Position numbers and translations under genes: made by a program. The notes beneath the pieces are model-generated. The model had not been told where the DNA came from, made no database searches, and worked only from the letters and a program-made list of their open reading frames with translations. From contig OX597823.1 of the NCBI GenBank assembly GCA_951406725.2, forward strand, positions 117,056,001 to 117,120,000: 64,000 nt of DNA, read 5' to 3'. How positions within the stretch are numbered: position 1 is the first letter of the stretch; each line of letters opens with the position of its first letter. Shown piece by piece: positions 25,620-37,515 of the stretch. This stretch comes from Octopus vulgaris (lineage: Eukaryota).

Positions 25620-26095
25620 ATCATCATCATCATCATCATCATCGTTTAACGTCCGCTTTCCATGCTAGCATGGGTTGGACGATTCAACTGGGGTCTGGCA
25701 AGCCCGAAGGCTGCACCAGATCTGGCAGTGTTTCTACAGCTGGATGCCCTTCCTAACGCCAACCACTCCGAGAGTGTAGTGGGTGATTTTATGTGCCACC
25801 GACACAGGTGCCAGACGAGACTGGCAGACAGTCACGCTCGAATGGTGTTTTTTATGTGCCACCGACACAGGTGCCAGACGAGGCTGGCAGACGGCCACGC
25901 TCGGATGGTGTTTTTTATGTGCCACCGACACAGGTGCCAGACGAGGCTGGCGAACGGCTATGATCGGATGGTGTTTGTTACGTGCCCACAGCATGGGGCC
26001 AGTCGATGCGGTACTGGCTACGGTCCCGTTCGGATGGTTTTCTTATGTGCCACCGGCACTGGTACCACAAGGATACAAATTCCATTGATGTTCAT
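25620..26095 (-). mobile_element. RTE 3'-tail repeat (family D) with 63-bp tandem units
   Basis: Units start at 25791, 25854, 25917, 25980. Confidence 0.8.
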
Positions 26096-26123
26096 CTATT
26101 TGATTTGATTCGATTTGACTTGA

Positions 26124-26158
<35 letters not shown>

Positions 26159-26198
26159 TTGACTTACTTATATATATATATATATATATATATAGACT

Positions 26199-26229
<31 letters not shown>

Positions 26230-26230
<1 letters not shown>

Positions 26231-27010
26231 GGTAACATGCCTCAATAAAAATATCATCCAATGAGGATTCCAAGTTTGTATTTATGGACTCATGCAGTAC
26301 TACCTTCAAAGCAAGAAATCGTAATCATTACTCTAGCTTTAAACCTCAAGCAAAAACTAACAGTACTTCTCTGTCTAAACTCATTCATAACCTAAAGCAT
26401 AACTCAGTTGTATACTGTATAAAATGGTCCATTGTTACCTAAGCCAAACCATACAGCGGTTATAATAACAAATGCAGTCTCTGCATTGCAGAAGAATTAT
26501 CTTTGTCCATTAATTCAGTCATTAATTAATGGACAAAGTTACCTTATTCTAAACTGCAAGCATAAATAATACAACACATTCTTAAGGTACAAACGAAGGA
26601 TGATGTGTTTCACCTCGATAATACATCAGTTAATCTTCTTACATCCCTTCTAATCTTATTTCTTCTATTTATTTATAAGCATTACCTTTTGGCATTTTTA
26701 TAAATTTCTTTTACTTTGTGGTCTCTTTATGTTTTCCTCTTTGCATGTGAGAGTCCACATGTCCATGCATGTCGTACTTCATGACCATTTTATTTCTTCA
26801 AACCTTTGTTTTTTTTATTTTGTTTTTCTTGTTTCACAACTGAGATCTGCAGTGAGTTCACTTGCGATTCTCAAATGACAATGTAACCATCATGTAATTA
26901 ATGTATTCTTGGCCTGATGACTAGCTTAGCTGAGTACTGCTCATTTCAATAATTATTACATCAGAGGATCAGCTAGCTAAGAAACATAAGCAGCCTGGAT
27001 TTTACCTGTG
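26230..27010 (+). mobile_element. Penelope-like element 3' remnant: GIY-YIG endonuclease C-terminal part plus downstream HHR-like motif
   Basis: From 26281: FMDSCSTTFKARNRNHYSSFK..NSTSLSKLIHNLK..IKWSIVT*AKPYSGYNNKCSLCIAEE, matching PLE TFK.R..NH..SF..ST.LSK.I..LK..W.I..A.PY..C.LC; CTGATGA at 26914, GAAAC at 26981. Confidence 0.75.
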
Positions 27011-27104
27011 CCATGCCATTCCCTCAATATACATATATAAGAATTTTTTGTGTAATAAGATAAAAAACCAAGGCTGTATAGATATTAGAGCATTTATAGA
27101 TAGA

Positions 27105-27158
27105 AGGTTTTACAGCTGTTTCTAGGACATTAATTAATAATATCCCTTCATCGGAGAG
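27105..27158 (-). ncRNA. Hammerhead-like motif with palindromic helix III (U4C variant)
   Basis: CCGAUGA-A-GGGAUAUUA-loop-UAAUGUCCU-A-GAA-ACAGCUGU-A; 9-bp helix II; helix I pairing poor. Confidence 0.4.
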
Positions 27159-27186
27159 GAAAAATTAAGTCATAGTTAGTTTCAAT

Positions 27187-27221
<35 letters not shown>

Positions 27222-27789
27222 TTATCATCGTTTAACATCCGCCTTCCATGCAATACATATATATATACTGTTTTAAAGAATAAAGTTAATTTAGAATGGT
27301 TGATTCTCTCAATCTCGATACCTTATGACAAAGGCAAGGAATTCTGTCTTCTCTGTAATTCTGAACTATTTTTCATTATTTTTTCTAAAAATCCCCTACT
27401 AAACACGGTTATAGAGCGTGCATACAATGTAAACATTGGCAAAAGCACACCTTTAGCTCATATAAGTAATCTTTATCATTATATATAATTTAAACATTAA
27501 TTTCCTTTATATTTAACATTCACTATAAATATCCCTACTCTTTCTATAGGCTACTTCTGATGTTATATCATATAACGGTTTTTCAAACAATATTAATAGC
27601 GTTCAGTAAATCACTATACAAATCCATCATTTTTTGCTAAAATGTCTTATTGATGAGTTTCGTTTTTCCACTTCCCTGAAAAGAAGATTGCATTGTTTTA
27701 TACCATTTATTCTTTTGAATAATATCAGTGAAATCTTTGAAACATGTGTCGAAAGTAAAAGTATTTGATCTACACCTGCGTTAAACTCC

Positions 27790-27846
<57 letters not shown>

Positions 27847-27981
27847 ATATATAGACAGACAGACAGATAGAAAGAACAGATAAGAGAAGTGAGGTGAAAG
27901 AGTAGATGTTTATTCCATTAGTTTACAGCTGTTTCATAATCTTGTTAATTATATAATATATATATATAATTATATAATATG

Positions 27982-28027
<46 letters not shown>

Positions 28028-28179
28028 AATGAATATATGTGCATATGTATACTGACATATACAAGGGTGCTGAGATGGGAGCCAGTAGACTAACCCTCTG
28101 AATGATTCATGGTAGTTGAAAATATCAGCTCTACTTCAGTGATACACTGAGTAAGCTGACTCTATATATCTACTTGAAG

Positions 28180-28221
<42 letters not shown>

Positions 28222-28971
28222 ATGCACGTGTGTATGTGTGATTATGTATGTATATGTCTATATGGTTTATATATGTATATAAAGTTAATTATATCACTGT
28301 TGAATCTATTGTTACCAAGAAATTTGCAAGGAAGCCAAATTGTTACTGATTTCTTGACGAAGAACATGGGTGATTTCAAAAATTGTTGATGCTGGTTGAC
28401 TTTACTTATTTGAATTGAAATTCTTCAGTGAAGGTGAAACATCACAAAAGCAATGCCAAAATTCTTTGTTGCTGCCAAACAAAGAACAATTTATATTCAG
28501 AGGAAAGTGTATACATTTTATTCAATGAGAAAATGGTTAATTCTCAGAGGGAATTTTTATTATAAATTTATTTATTTATTTGCCTTGATTTTTTTTTTCT
28601 ACTTTGTATGGTTTAGTGTAGACATCGTTCCAGGGAAATAGTAAATAATTAATGCCAATAGTCTGAGTAGATGGAAACACATTGAAGTGAGTTTTAAAAA
28701 GTGAAGTAGAAATAAGAAACACGCAAAATGATTTAATATTCAGCCTTAAAGTAATACCTTAAACTTTAAAATTCTTGAGGAGAGGTTTTAGTTTTTTCAT
28801 TGTTTTTTCCTTTCTCTTGGTTGATTTTTTTTGTCTCTTTTGTTAATAATTTTATTGTTTTATTGTGTGAGGAGATCCAGTCTTCAAACCTGACTCTGCC
28901 GCTTTTCTTGGAATTGAGGATGGTTAGTAATATTTTCGTAGTTCCTTGGATAATAAGAACTAAAAAGGGTA

Positions 28972-29290
28972 AAAACTCCCTTCAGTCATGAATGACCATG
29001 AGATGCACCTTGGAAGTCCCCCTCTGAGGCACAAGTCCAGGCAAGGTTGTTTATGGAAGACCAGCAGTCACTAATGCATGCCAGCCCTACCTCTCCATGC
29101 CACCAATGTTCTTCAAGGCAAAGGCAAAGGCTGATACAGTTTGGTTCCAGTGACTTTGCAACTCATTTCTACAGTGAATGAAGCAATGTGATATAAAGTG
29201 TCTTGCTGAAGAACACAACACAGAGTCCAGTCCAAGAATTGAACTCACAATCTCATGATTGTGAGCTTAACACTCTAACCACTGAGCCAT
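28972..29290 (-). mobile_element. SINE-F
   Basis: Reverse-complement similarity to 11828-12150. Confidence 0.7.
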
Positions 29291-29871
29291 GTGCCTTCAC
29301 TAGTAAGAACTAGTCACTGACAAAATAGAATACTACTGGCTTATATTAGGAGCAGTGGTTTTATCTGTTTAACAGTAAATGGTTGGCCATTTAATTGATA
29401 GATATTAGATATGCTCACCTACTAGTTAAACTGATTCATGAGTTATCCCAAGTCACAAATCTCTTCTGTCACATGATCTTATGAGAGAGAGAGAGAGAGA
29501 GAATAGAATGAAAGAGGGAGAAAGAAAAAGAGAAAATTTGTAGCTGATATTTGGAAAATAAGTTAACACAATATGCTTACATAAAAATTATGAGATGTTT
29601 TAATCTAAATATTAATAATTACAAACAAGTCTTTGTGTACCATGAAACCAGGGTTAGTGGTCTCTGGTGGGTTGCTGTTATATGTATACTACAAAAATAA
29701 TTACTAGACTGACTAAATTTTCATTCCAGATTTCATTGAATACTGTGGAAATTATGATTTTTTCTTAATTACAAGACTGTAGAATCAAATGATGATCCTT
29801 ATCACAAATGGGATATAACATAAGATAAAGGTTGATATTACAGCAATTGTTGTTGTTATTAATGTTGTTGT

Positions 29872-30176
29872 GGAGGTGCAATGGCCCAGTGGTTAGGGCT
29901 GCGGACTTGCGGTCGGAGGATTGCGATTTCGATTCCCAGACTGGGCGTTGTGTGTGTTTATTGAGCAAAAAACCTAAAGCTCCACGAGGCTTCGGCAGGG
30001 GGTGGTGGTTACCCCTGTTATACTCTTTTGCCCCCACTTTCTCTCTCTTACTTCCTGTTTCTTGAGGAACGCTGCGATGGATTGGCGTCTCGTCCAACTG
30101 GGGGGAACACATATGCCACAGAAACCAGGAACCCGGGCCCATGCGCCTGGCTAGGCTTGAAAAGGGCACATAAAAA
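29872..30176 (+). mobile_element. SINE-E, full length
   Basis: tRNA-like head with A/B boxes; homologous to 63441-63726 over its whole length; A-rich end. Confidence 0.8.
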
Positions 30177-30559
30177 ACAGAAATAGTGTTGTTGCTCAAT
30201 CTAAGGTCAGCATTGAGATAAAGCACAGCTATGATGGAAAGTTGTTTTTAATCATAGGTTGTCTCTGAGTCTCAGTGAGTGTTAAAAAACAAAACGGAGA
30301 AAAGCTCTTTTAAGTTTTAATTTATTGAAAAGACATTTTAGTTTTTTGAATTATTAGAACTCTCTCTCTCTCTCTGTCTCTCTCTCTCTGTCTCTCTCTC
30401 TCTGTCTCTCTCTCTCTGTCTCTCTCTCTCTCTCTCTCTTCCCCCCCTCTCACACACACATTGTTTACAAGTACAGTTAGAATCTTATGTACTTTGAAAT
30501 AGGTACATGTGTGTTTTCGTATGCATTCATACACAAGTATGGAAGTCTACAATTTATTG

Positions 30560-31670
30560 TAATCTTTATATTTGCTTAAAAAGTGCTTTATTTAAAACAT
30601 TTCAATAAATCTTGAGATATTTTCTAAAACTGAACTTTACACTCAGATCTATAAATATAAAAGTTCCACTTTACAATGCAAAATAATGTCAGAATAAATT
30701 TATAACCAAATATTTTTGGCAACCATCACGTGAAGTGGCTTTGAGCTTCTTTAGAACAAAAGACATTATATTCTCCAGTTTGCAATTTGATTCTTTGAAT
30801 ATTTTATTCGACATAACAGTTATGATGAATAAGTAGTTCAAATTTTGAATTAGAAAGCCTAGATATTACTGGTTACTGCATGGCTTTGTGTTATGATATT
30901 AGAAATTGTTCCACAGAGTTGATTCTGCTTTAATTTTTTTAGTTTCATAAAGAAATCGGGTTATTTCTCTGTGAACATCTTTTTAAACTTTCAACTCAAA
31001 GATCAGTATTACATGGGAAAAGTGGCATATCTTTCTGAGATATCCACTTATTTGAATAAGGTTAATCTCAGAATTCAGGGTACTGCTAATATAATACATT
31101 TTAAAGTAAAAGGAATGCACTTAAGTGTAAACTAAAACTCTGGGGTGACTATATATTACTAAGGATGATGTTTTGAAAATTTAGTTGGGTTTTTTTTGGT
31201 GTTGTTTTGTTATTTCTTGTCATAAAATTCCCCTACATCAAGGTAGAAAAGATTCAATTTTGCAACATTTCAATAACAGAAAATTTTTTTGATTTGAAAA
31301 TTGAAAGCCAGCTTTGGGAAGAAAACCCATTTGTAAACTTGTTAAACTTAAGCAATCCTTTATAGGAAGAAAAGAACATCAAAATAGACAATGCAATAGA
31401 TTTCACCTTAAAAATCAAAATTCCAAGAGGTTGAATTGACAAAATTTCCTATTGCATTATTAATGGAGTATCCTACTCTAAGCACAAAGGTTTTGGAACT
31501 GTTCATACCATTTCCAACTTCATATTCAAGTGAAAGAGTTTTCTTTCGCTGTAATAGAAATAAACTGAATATGGAAACTGACTAACCATTATGAATAACA
31601 GCCATAATTCCAACCAAATATTAAGGGTCTCTCTGAAGAAAAATAGGCTCAGCCAAGTCACTGTCTTTTA
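30560..31670 (+). pseudogene. Decayed hAT (Buster/Charlie-type) transposase
   Basis: AYLSEISTYLNKVNLRIQG (~31025) and EYPTLSTKVLELFIPFPTSYSSERVF (~31467) match the LAYL.DIF..LN.LN..LQG and EYP.L...AL..L.PF.T.Y.CE..FS blocks; left boundary uncertain. Confidence 0.6.
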
Positions 31671-32039
31671 ATGTCTTAGTTATGGAGTTGAATTCTTCAA
31701 ATCACAACAACAGAAAAATGTAACTAAATTATGGTAATGCAGTGTGTTTTTTATTTTTTTTTTATGATTGTTTGTAGCATTTTCTTTTTCAAATAACTTT
31801 AGGGTCTAAGAGTTTTCTTCTGAATGGGCTAGGGTTTCTAAACAAGGCACTATTTCCCCTTGGCCAGACATGGAAGACCGGAAATGACAGTGACATTTGT
31901 TTACCCACCTCTCTCTCTCTTCTCTCTCTCTCTCTCTCATGTATCTCCCCTACTGACCTGTTTTTGTCTGTCTGTCACACTCTAACTTTTCCTCATCTAG
32001 AACAAGACCAGCTCCCCCAATGCCCCGCTCTCCTCCCAA

Positions 32040-32358
32040 ACAATCTTTGTCTTGCAAGTTACTTGGTGACCCTACCAACGCTGGTGTCATGTAAAAAGTA
32101 TCCAATCCACACTGTAAAATGGTTGGCATTTGGAAGGGCATCCAGCTGTAAAAACCATGCTAAAACTGACCTCACCTGTGCTGGTGCCATATAGAAATCA
32201 CTCTGTTAACTCTGCCGGCTGGTTGGTCTTCGGAAGGACATCCAGCCGTAAAAACCATGCTAAAAACAGACACTGAAGTCTGGTGCAGTCTTCTGTCAAA
32301 CCGTTCAACCCATACCAGCTTGGAAAGTGGACGTTAAATGATGATGATGATGATGTAA
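32040..32358 (+). mobile_element. RTE 3'-tail repeat (family D) with partial internal duplication
   Basis: GGAAGG(G/A)CATCCAGC(T/C)GTAAAAACCATGCTAAAA occurs twice; (GAT)n tail. Confidence 0.65.
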
Positions 32359-32682
32359 TGCCAAGACAGAGGTACACACACAAACACACACACACATACA
32401 TACATACATACAGGATGGACTTCTTTCAGTTTTACTCTACCAAATCCACTTACAAGACTTTAGTTTTTGGTTCTATTTCTACTGTTTGTCTTGCCAGACC
32501 TATTACACACACACACACACACACACAAACACACATACACAAACACACAAAGACATCTTACAGTGTATTACAATCAAATGAATAATATCTATCATCTATT
32601 ATTATTCATTTGATTATATGTGTGTTTGTGTGTGTGTATGTATGTATATATATATGTGTATGTATATCTATGTATGTGTGTG

Positions 32683-32740
<58 letters not shown>

Positions 32741-33039
32741 GATGCAATGAGCTTTTCAATTTTGTCTGCCTCATTCACTCCAAGCGCCTTGGTTCGTTGC
32801 GATGTATAGTAAAAGACATTTGCCCAAGGTGTCTCACTGGGGAACTGAACCTGAAGCCACATGGCTACAAAGTGAACCTCTTCAACTCACAGCCATGCGG
32901 AAAAAGAAGCTAATCAATCCTTCACTATATTCTTGAATGCGAGAGTGGCATCTACATTTTATATCTGAGAGTTTGTATCCCGTATTCTTTGTTAGTTCCA
33001 TTTGTAGATTCCTGGAATCTTTGAAATATATTGATAGCT

Positions 33040-33400
33040 GAGTGCACAAAGAACCATCAATGATGGCAGTTATTATTTTCCTGTTATTTCCAGATGGCAG
33101 TTTTCCTATTTTTGCTTCAACTGCAAAAATCTAGCTGCCATTCCTACCATGACAGAATACATTATACAAAATATTATATGTTTGAATGCCATAGACTGGT
33201 GAAAAGCAGTGAGTGAATAAAGCCTTTGAGTCAATACACAATTGATTATCATTGGATATCACATGTTTGAGCTTCCCCATCATACAATATCCAGTGATAA
33301 TCCATCATCTGGAGATAGAGATGGACTTCAAGTTGATTTGCTCTTTCACCCACAATATGAAGACAAAATCTTCAGTTATGACCTGTTAATACTTTAAGAG
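33040..33400 (+). pseudogene. Possible highly decayed Gypsy integrase fragment
   Basis: Patches INDGSYYFPVI, MFELPHHTISSDN and FHPQ resemble GP..G..YL, FGLP..I.SDN and YHPQ; many disruptions. Confidence 0.3.
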
Positions 33401-33837
33401 TTTTGGAACAATTTCCTTCATTTTATGTTTGATATATTTTCTTTCTTTTTTCTTCTTCTTCTTCTTCTTCTTCTTTCTGCTGGCACTCTCATCTTGGTAA
33501 CCATATTTCTGTTCTCCAGTGATTCCTGCTATTATCTCTATTAGGTTGTAGGCAGACTACTTCGTCTCCTGTTGCTCTTTTGTTCAATGTCATCATGCCA
33601 TCCGTACAACCACATCCTTTAGTAGCGCCAGCTTTAAGTCTTCACAATCATTAGATGTCACTCAGCATCAACATTAGATGGATTAAATAATCAGCTAACA
33701 TTTTATGTGCTCTATATTAATCTTGTTAAATTCTTAAATATCTCAAGTGGCTTATTTCCAAGTGAGTCAGAAACATGAAAAGGAAAACGGCAAAGACAGT
33801 GATGACAATGACAGCGATGATGATGATGACTGTTGTT

Positions 33838-33869
<32 letters not shown>

Positions 33870-34078
33870 GTTGGGTGACACAGATTTATTATCTTAGAAT
33901 AACAATGAATTAATAGATCAGTGGAGTAGTGGACTAATATGTATTAGAGTATTTGCTTTTGCTTTCCATATTCTGAGTTCTAATCTTACCATTAGTGATT
34001 TTACTATTCATTCCTCCTTGGTCAGAAAATACAAAAATCAGGTGAAGACTGAAATCACTGTTTCTCTCTACCAAACTA

Positions 34079-34790
34079 TTCAAGGTGTTTACGCTATATT
34101 TGACATTTTCCATAAAAGTACGAGAAAACACAAAATCCCATTCAAAAATAGAAGTATTTTAAGAAATCAATAAATATCAAGTAAGTTGTGGCTGGGAAAT
34201 AACAGGTCACAAAATGTCGCTACCCTGATGGCCCCAGAACATGCATTCCATACTGTGTTCCTGGGAAGATGCTCAAATGCTTCCTTGTTCTTGGCCACCA
34301 GCTCACCCTTGATGTTGCAGGCAGAGCAGTTGGTGTCTTTCTCAACTGCACTCCACACAGTAATCCATAGGATTACAACCAAGAGAATTAGGAGACCAAG
34401 AAATTGGGGTTGATAATATCATAGAAATTCTCCAAAAACCCCTTCTGACTCTTTCCATGACATATGGCAAGAAGCTAAATCCTGCTGCCATACATATGGC
34501 TTTCCAACAGCAACTCTCCCAGGCTAGGGATTGAATTGATCACAGTCTCCAGCAGCTTCACATAGCCATCTGAATTGAGCCTAAGATCCTGTTCACAGAT
34601 GTGCAGCAGCATGACGTCACCCTCGCAGGAGACACACCCAAAAACCATCACACTTCTGGGGAAGCTTGGTTTCTATGATGTCCATGATGTCTTACAAACT
34701 CTGAACTGTTCACAGAGCATCGGGCAGCAGTCGTGAAGTCAGCATTTTGATGCCCAGTGCAAATCATCGTGACTCAGGTAACTCTTTTCT
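34079..34790 (-). mobile_element. Decayed DD37D/maT-like mariner fragment
   Basis: VMVFGCVSCEGDV..KPYVWQQD..CNPMDY..SAVEKDTN with frameshifts; CAAGGTGTTT TIR-like end at ~34081. Confidence 0.7.
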
Positions 34791-35029
34791 CATATATAGA
34801 TGGCTTAAGGCAGTGAGCTGGATGAATTATTACCACGTTGGACAAAATAATTAGTAGCAGTTCTTCCAAATTTGTTTTCAAATACTACAAGGGTTTAGTT
34901 TGACTTTCATCCTTTCAGGGTCAATAAAATAAGCACCAGTTGAGTCCTGGGGTGAATGCAATTGACTCAATCATTCCTTCAAAATTCCTTGTGCCACATT
35001 TGCAAGTGACCCACTATGCTTGAGGAGAC

Positions 35030-35372
35030 CTATTGAGTCAAGTATGTCAACATCAAAATAAAAATAAAAATCAAATGGAAATTGTAGTTATGATACCCGT
35101 GCCGGTGGCACATAAAAAGCACCAACCGATTGTGGCCATTTACCAGCCTCCTCTGGCCCCTGTGCCGGTGGCACATAAAAAGCACCCACTACACTCACAG
35201 AGTGGTTGACTTTAGGAAGGGCATCCAGCTGTAGAAACACTGCAAGATCAGACTGGAGCCTGGTGCAGTCTCCTGGCCTCCCAGACCCCGGTCAAATCGT
35301 CCAACCCATGCTAGCATGGAAAGCGGACGTTAAACGATGACGACGATGACGATGATGATGATGTGATGATGG
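35030..35372 (+). mobile_element. RTE 3'-tail repeat (family D)
   Basis: Family body and (GAC/GAT)n tail. Confidence 0.75.
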
Positions 35373-36040
35373 TGATGATGATGGGGGGGGGGGTAATGAT
35401 GATGATGATGGCTTCCACTCCACCATGTCAGCTAGCTTTTCCTCAACTCCAACTTTAATCTTTATACTCTTCAACGTCATTGATTGTTCACCAATACATG
35501 AAAAAAAATATACATAAAAATTCATCAAAATTAGCCAGAACACTCTGTAAATATTGGTTTTAAACTATAGATATTGGTGTGAGAAATTTATTAATAAAGA
35601 AGTGTTACTTCAGAATATGATTTTAGATTCTTGTTTAAACTGGAAGAATATTGAGGTTATGATGAAGTAGAATGGAGAATGTGATTGACAGAAAGTAATT
35701 TAACATTTTGAAGCAAAGAGTCTGCAAACGATTCTAGGTTGTCTGAAACTGAAATTCGTGAATTGTTGTAGAAAAATGATTACAGAAATATATCTGCTGC
35801 ATCTAGTGGAATATTGTTGTGGAAGCAATAAGAAATACTAGATTTTACCATCCACAAGACAATAGTCTTGGAATATTAAAGACTGGTGAGTATTGACTGA
35901 GAAAAACAATAAAAGCTGATGTATTATTGACACTGATTCCTTGCTGTGTCTTGGCACCATACTATGGTTACATTGTTATATTGGCATACCTAGGCACCAC
36001 AGTATTGGTATATTGGTATAGCAAGATATTACACTATTGC

Positions 36041-36737
36041 TTATACCTAGATATTAATATCGGTTTCAAATTTTGGTACAAGGCAGTAATTTCAGAGAGT
36101 GGGGTAAGTCGATTACATTCACCCCAGTGTAAAACTGGTGCTTATTTTATTGACCCCAAAAGAATGAAAGAGAAAGTCAACCCCAATGCTATTTGAACTC
36201 AAAACATAAAGTTGAGAGAAAATGCCACTAAGCATTTTTTCTGGTGCAAGCTTGCCACTTTAAACCTAGTTATTGATAGTGGTTTCAGATTTTGGCCAGC
36301 AATTCTGAGGAGGTGGGTATGTCGATTACATCAACCTTAGTGCTCAACGGGTACTTATTTTATCAACCCCAGAAGGATAAAAGTCAAAGTTGACCTTAGT
36401 GGAATTTGAACTCAGAATGTAAAGACAGACGGAATACCACTAAGCATTTTGCCCAGTGTGTTAATGATTCTGCCAGCTCATTGCCTTATACCTAGATGTT
36501 AATAATGATTTCAAATTTTGACACAAGGCCAGCAATTTCAGGGGAGGTTAATAGTCGATTGCCTCAACCCCAGTGTTCAACTGATACTTATTTTAACTAC
36601 ACCAAAAGGATAAAAGGCAAAGTCAACCTCAGTGGAATTTGAACTCAGAACATAAAGTTGGAAGAAATGCCACTAAACACTTTGCCCAGGATGTTAACGA
36701 TTCTGCCAGCTCACCACCTTATACTTAGATATTAATA
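36041..36737 (-). repeat. Head-to-tail array of three SINE-A copies
   Basis: Spacer TTATACCTAGATATTAATA-like at 36041, 36260, 36486, 36719. Confidence 0.8.
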
Positions 36738-37031
36738 TTGCCAACAGAAAACGGAAGAATTCTGTCTACTTATCATATCTCCAGAACATACCAAAAACAC
36801 TTAACTACTACTGGCTCAGTCAACTGAGCTGCAAATTAAGTACCACCCCTCCTATCATATTAGAAATGCTAATGTCACAGCCCACCAGTACTCAGTTCTA
36901 TTGTCCCTATTCAGGTTCTCTTCATAGAATAAATACATAACCCCCAAAATTAAACTCACTACACAACCCCTGACTTTTGAGCTGACAGTTCCTCCTTCTC
37001 CTTACAACCTCTAATATTAAACTCATCACTA

Positions 37032-37250
37032 AGGTGGCCAGCAGGCAGAATCGTTAGCACACAGGGCAAAATGCTTAGCAGCATTTTATCCATGTTGATG
37101 TTCTAAGTTCAAATTTCACTGAGGTCAACTTTGCCTTTCATCCTTTTGGGGTCAATATAATAATAGGAACCTGGTGAGCAATGGGGTCAATGTAATCGAT
37201 TTACCCACTCCTCCAAAATTGCTGGCCTTGCACCAAAATATGAAACAAAT
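37032..37250 (+). mobile_element. SINE-A
   Basis: Family head and body. Confidence 0.7.
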
Positions 37251-37251
37251 T

Positions 37252-37515
37252 ATAGGCACAGGAGTGGTTGTGTGGTAAGTGGGAATAGGCACAGGAGTGG
37301 CTGTGTGGTAAGTTGCTATAGGCACAAATGTAACTGTGTAGTAAGTAGTTATAGGTGCAGGTATGGCTGTGTGGTAAGTAGCAGTAAGCATAGGACTGGC
37401 TGTGTTGTAAGCAGAAATAGGCACAGGAGTGACTGTGTTGTAAGCAGAAATAGGCACAGGAGTGGCTGTGTTGTAAGCAGAAATAGGCACAGGAGTGACT
37501 GTGTTGTAAGCAGAA
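37252..37515 (+). repeat. 33-bp minisatellite, 8 units, derived from the SINE-B 5' end
   Basis: ATAGGCACAGGAGTGGCTGTG(T/G)TGTAAG units at 37252, 37285, 37318, 37351, ~37384, 37417, 37450, 37483. Confidence 0.9.

Noticed and set aside
25791-26045. CRISPR-like hairpin repeats with variable inserts
   Set aside because: Variable parts are only 6-11 nt and the array lies inside an RTE 3'-UTR repeat
29872-29945. tRNA gene-like sequence (also the heads of SINE-A, -B and -F)
   Set aside because: A/B boxes are present but I could not build a full cloverleaf, and the heads run into SINE bodies
29765-30226. 153-aa minus-strand ORF
   Set aside because: It is the antisense reading of SINE-E plus flanking simple repeats
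37252-37515. CRISPR-like regular array (33-bp period)
   Set aside because: No unique spacers, no cas genes, eukaryotic context; the unit is a SINE head fragment
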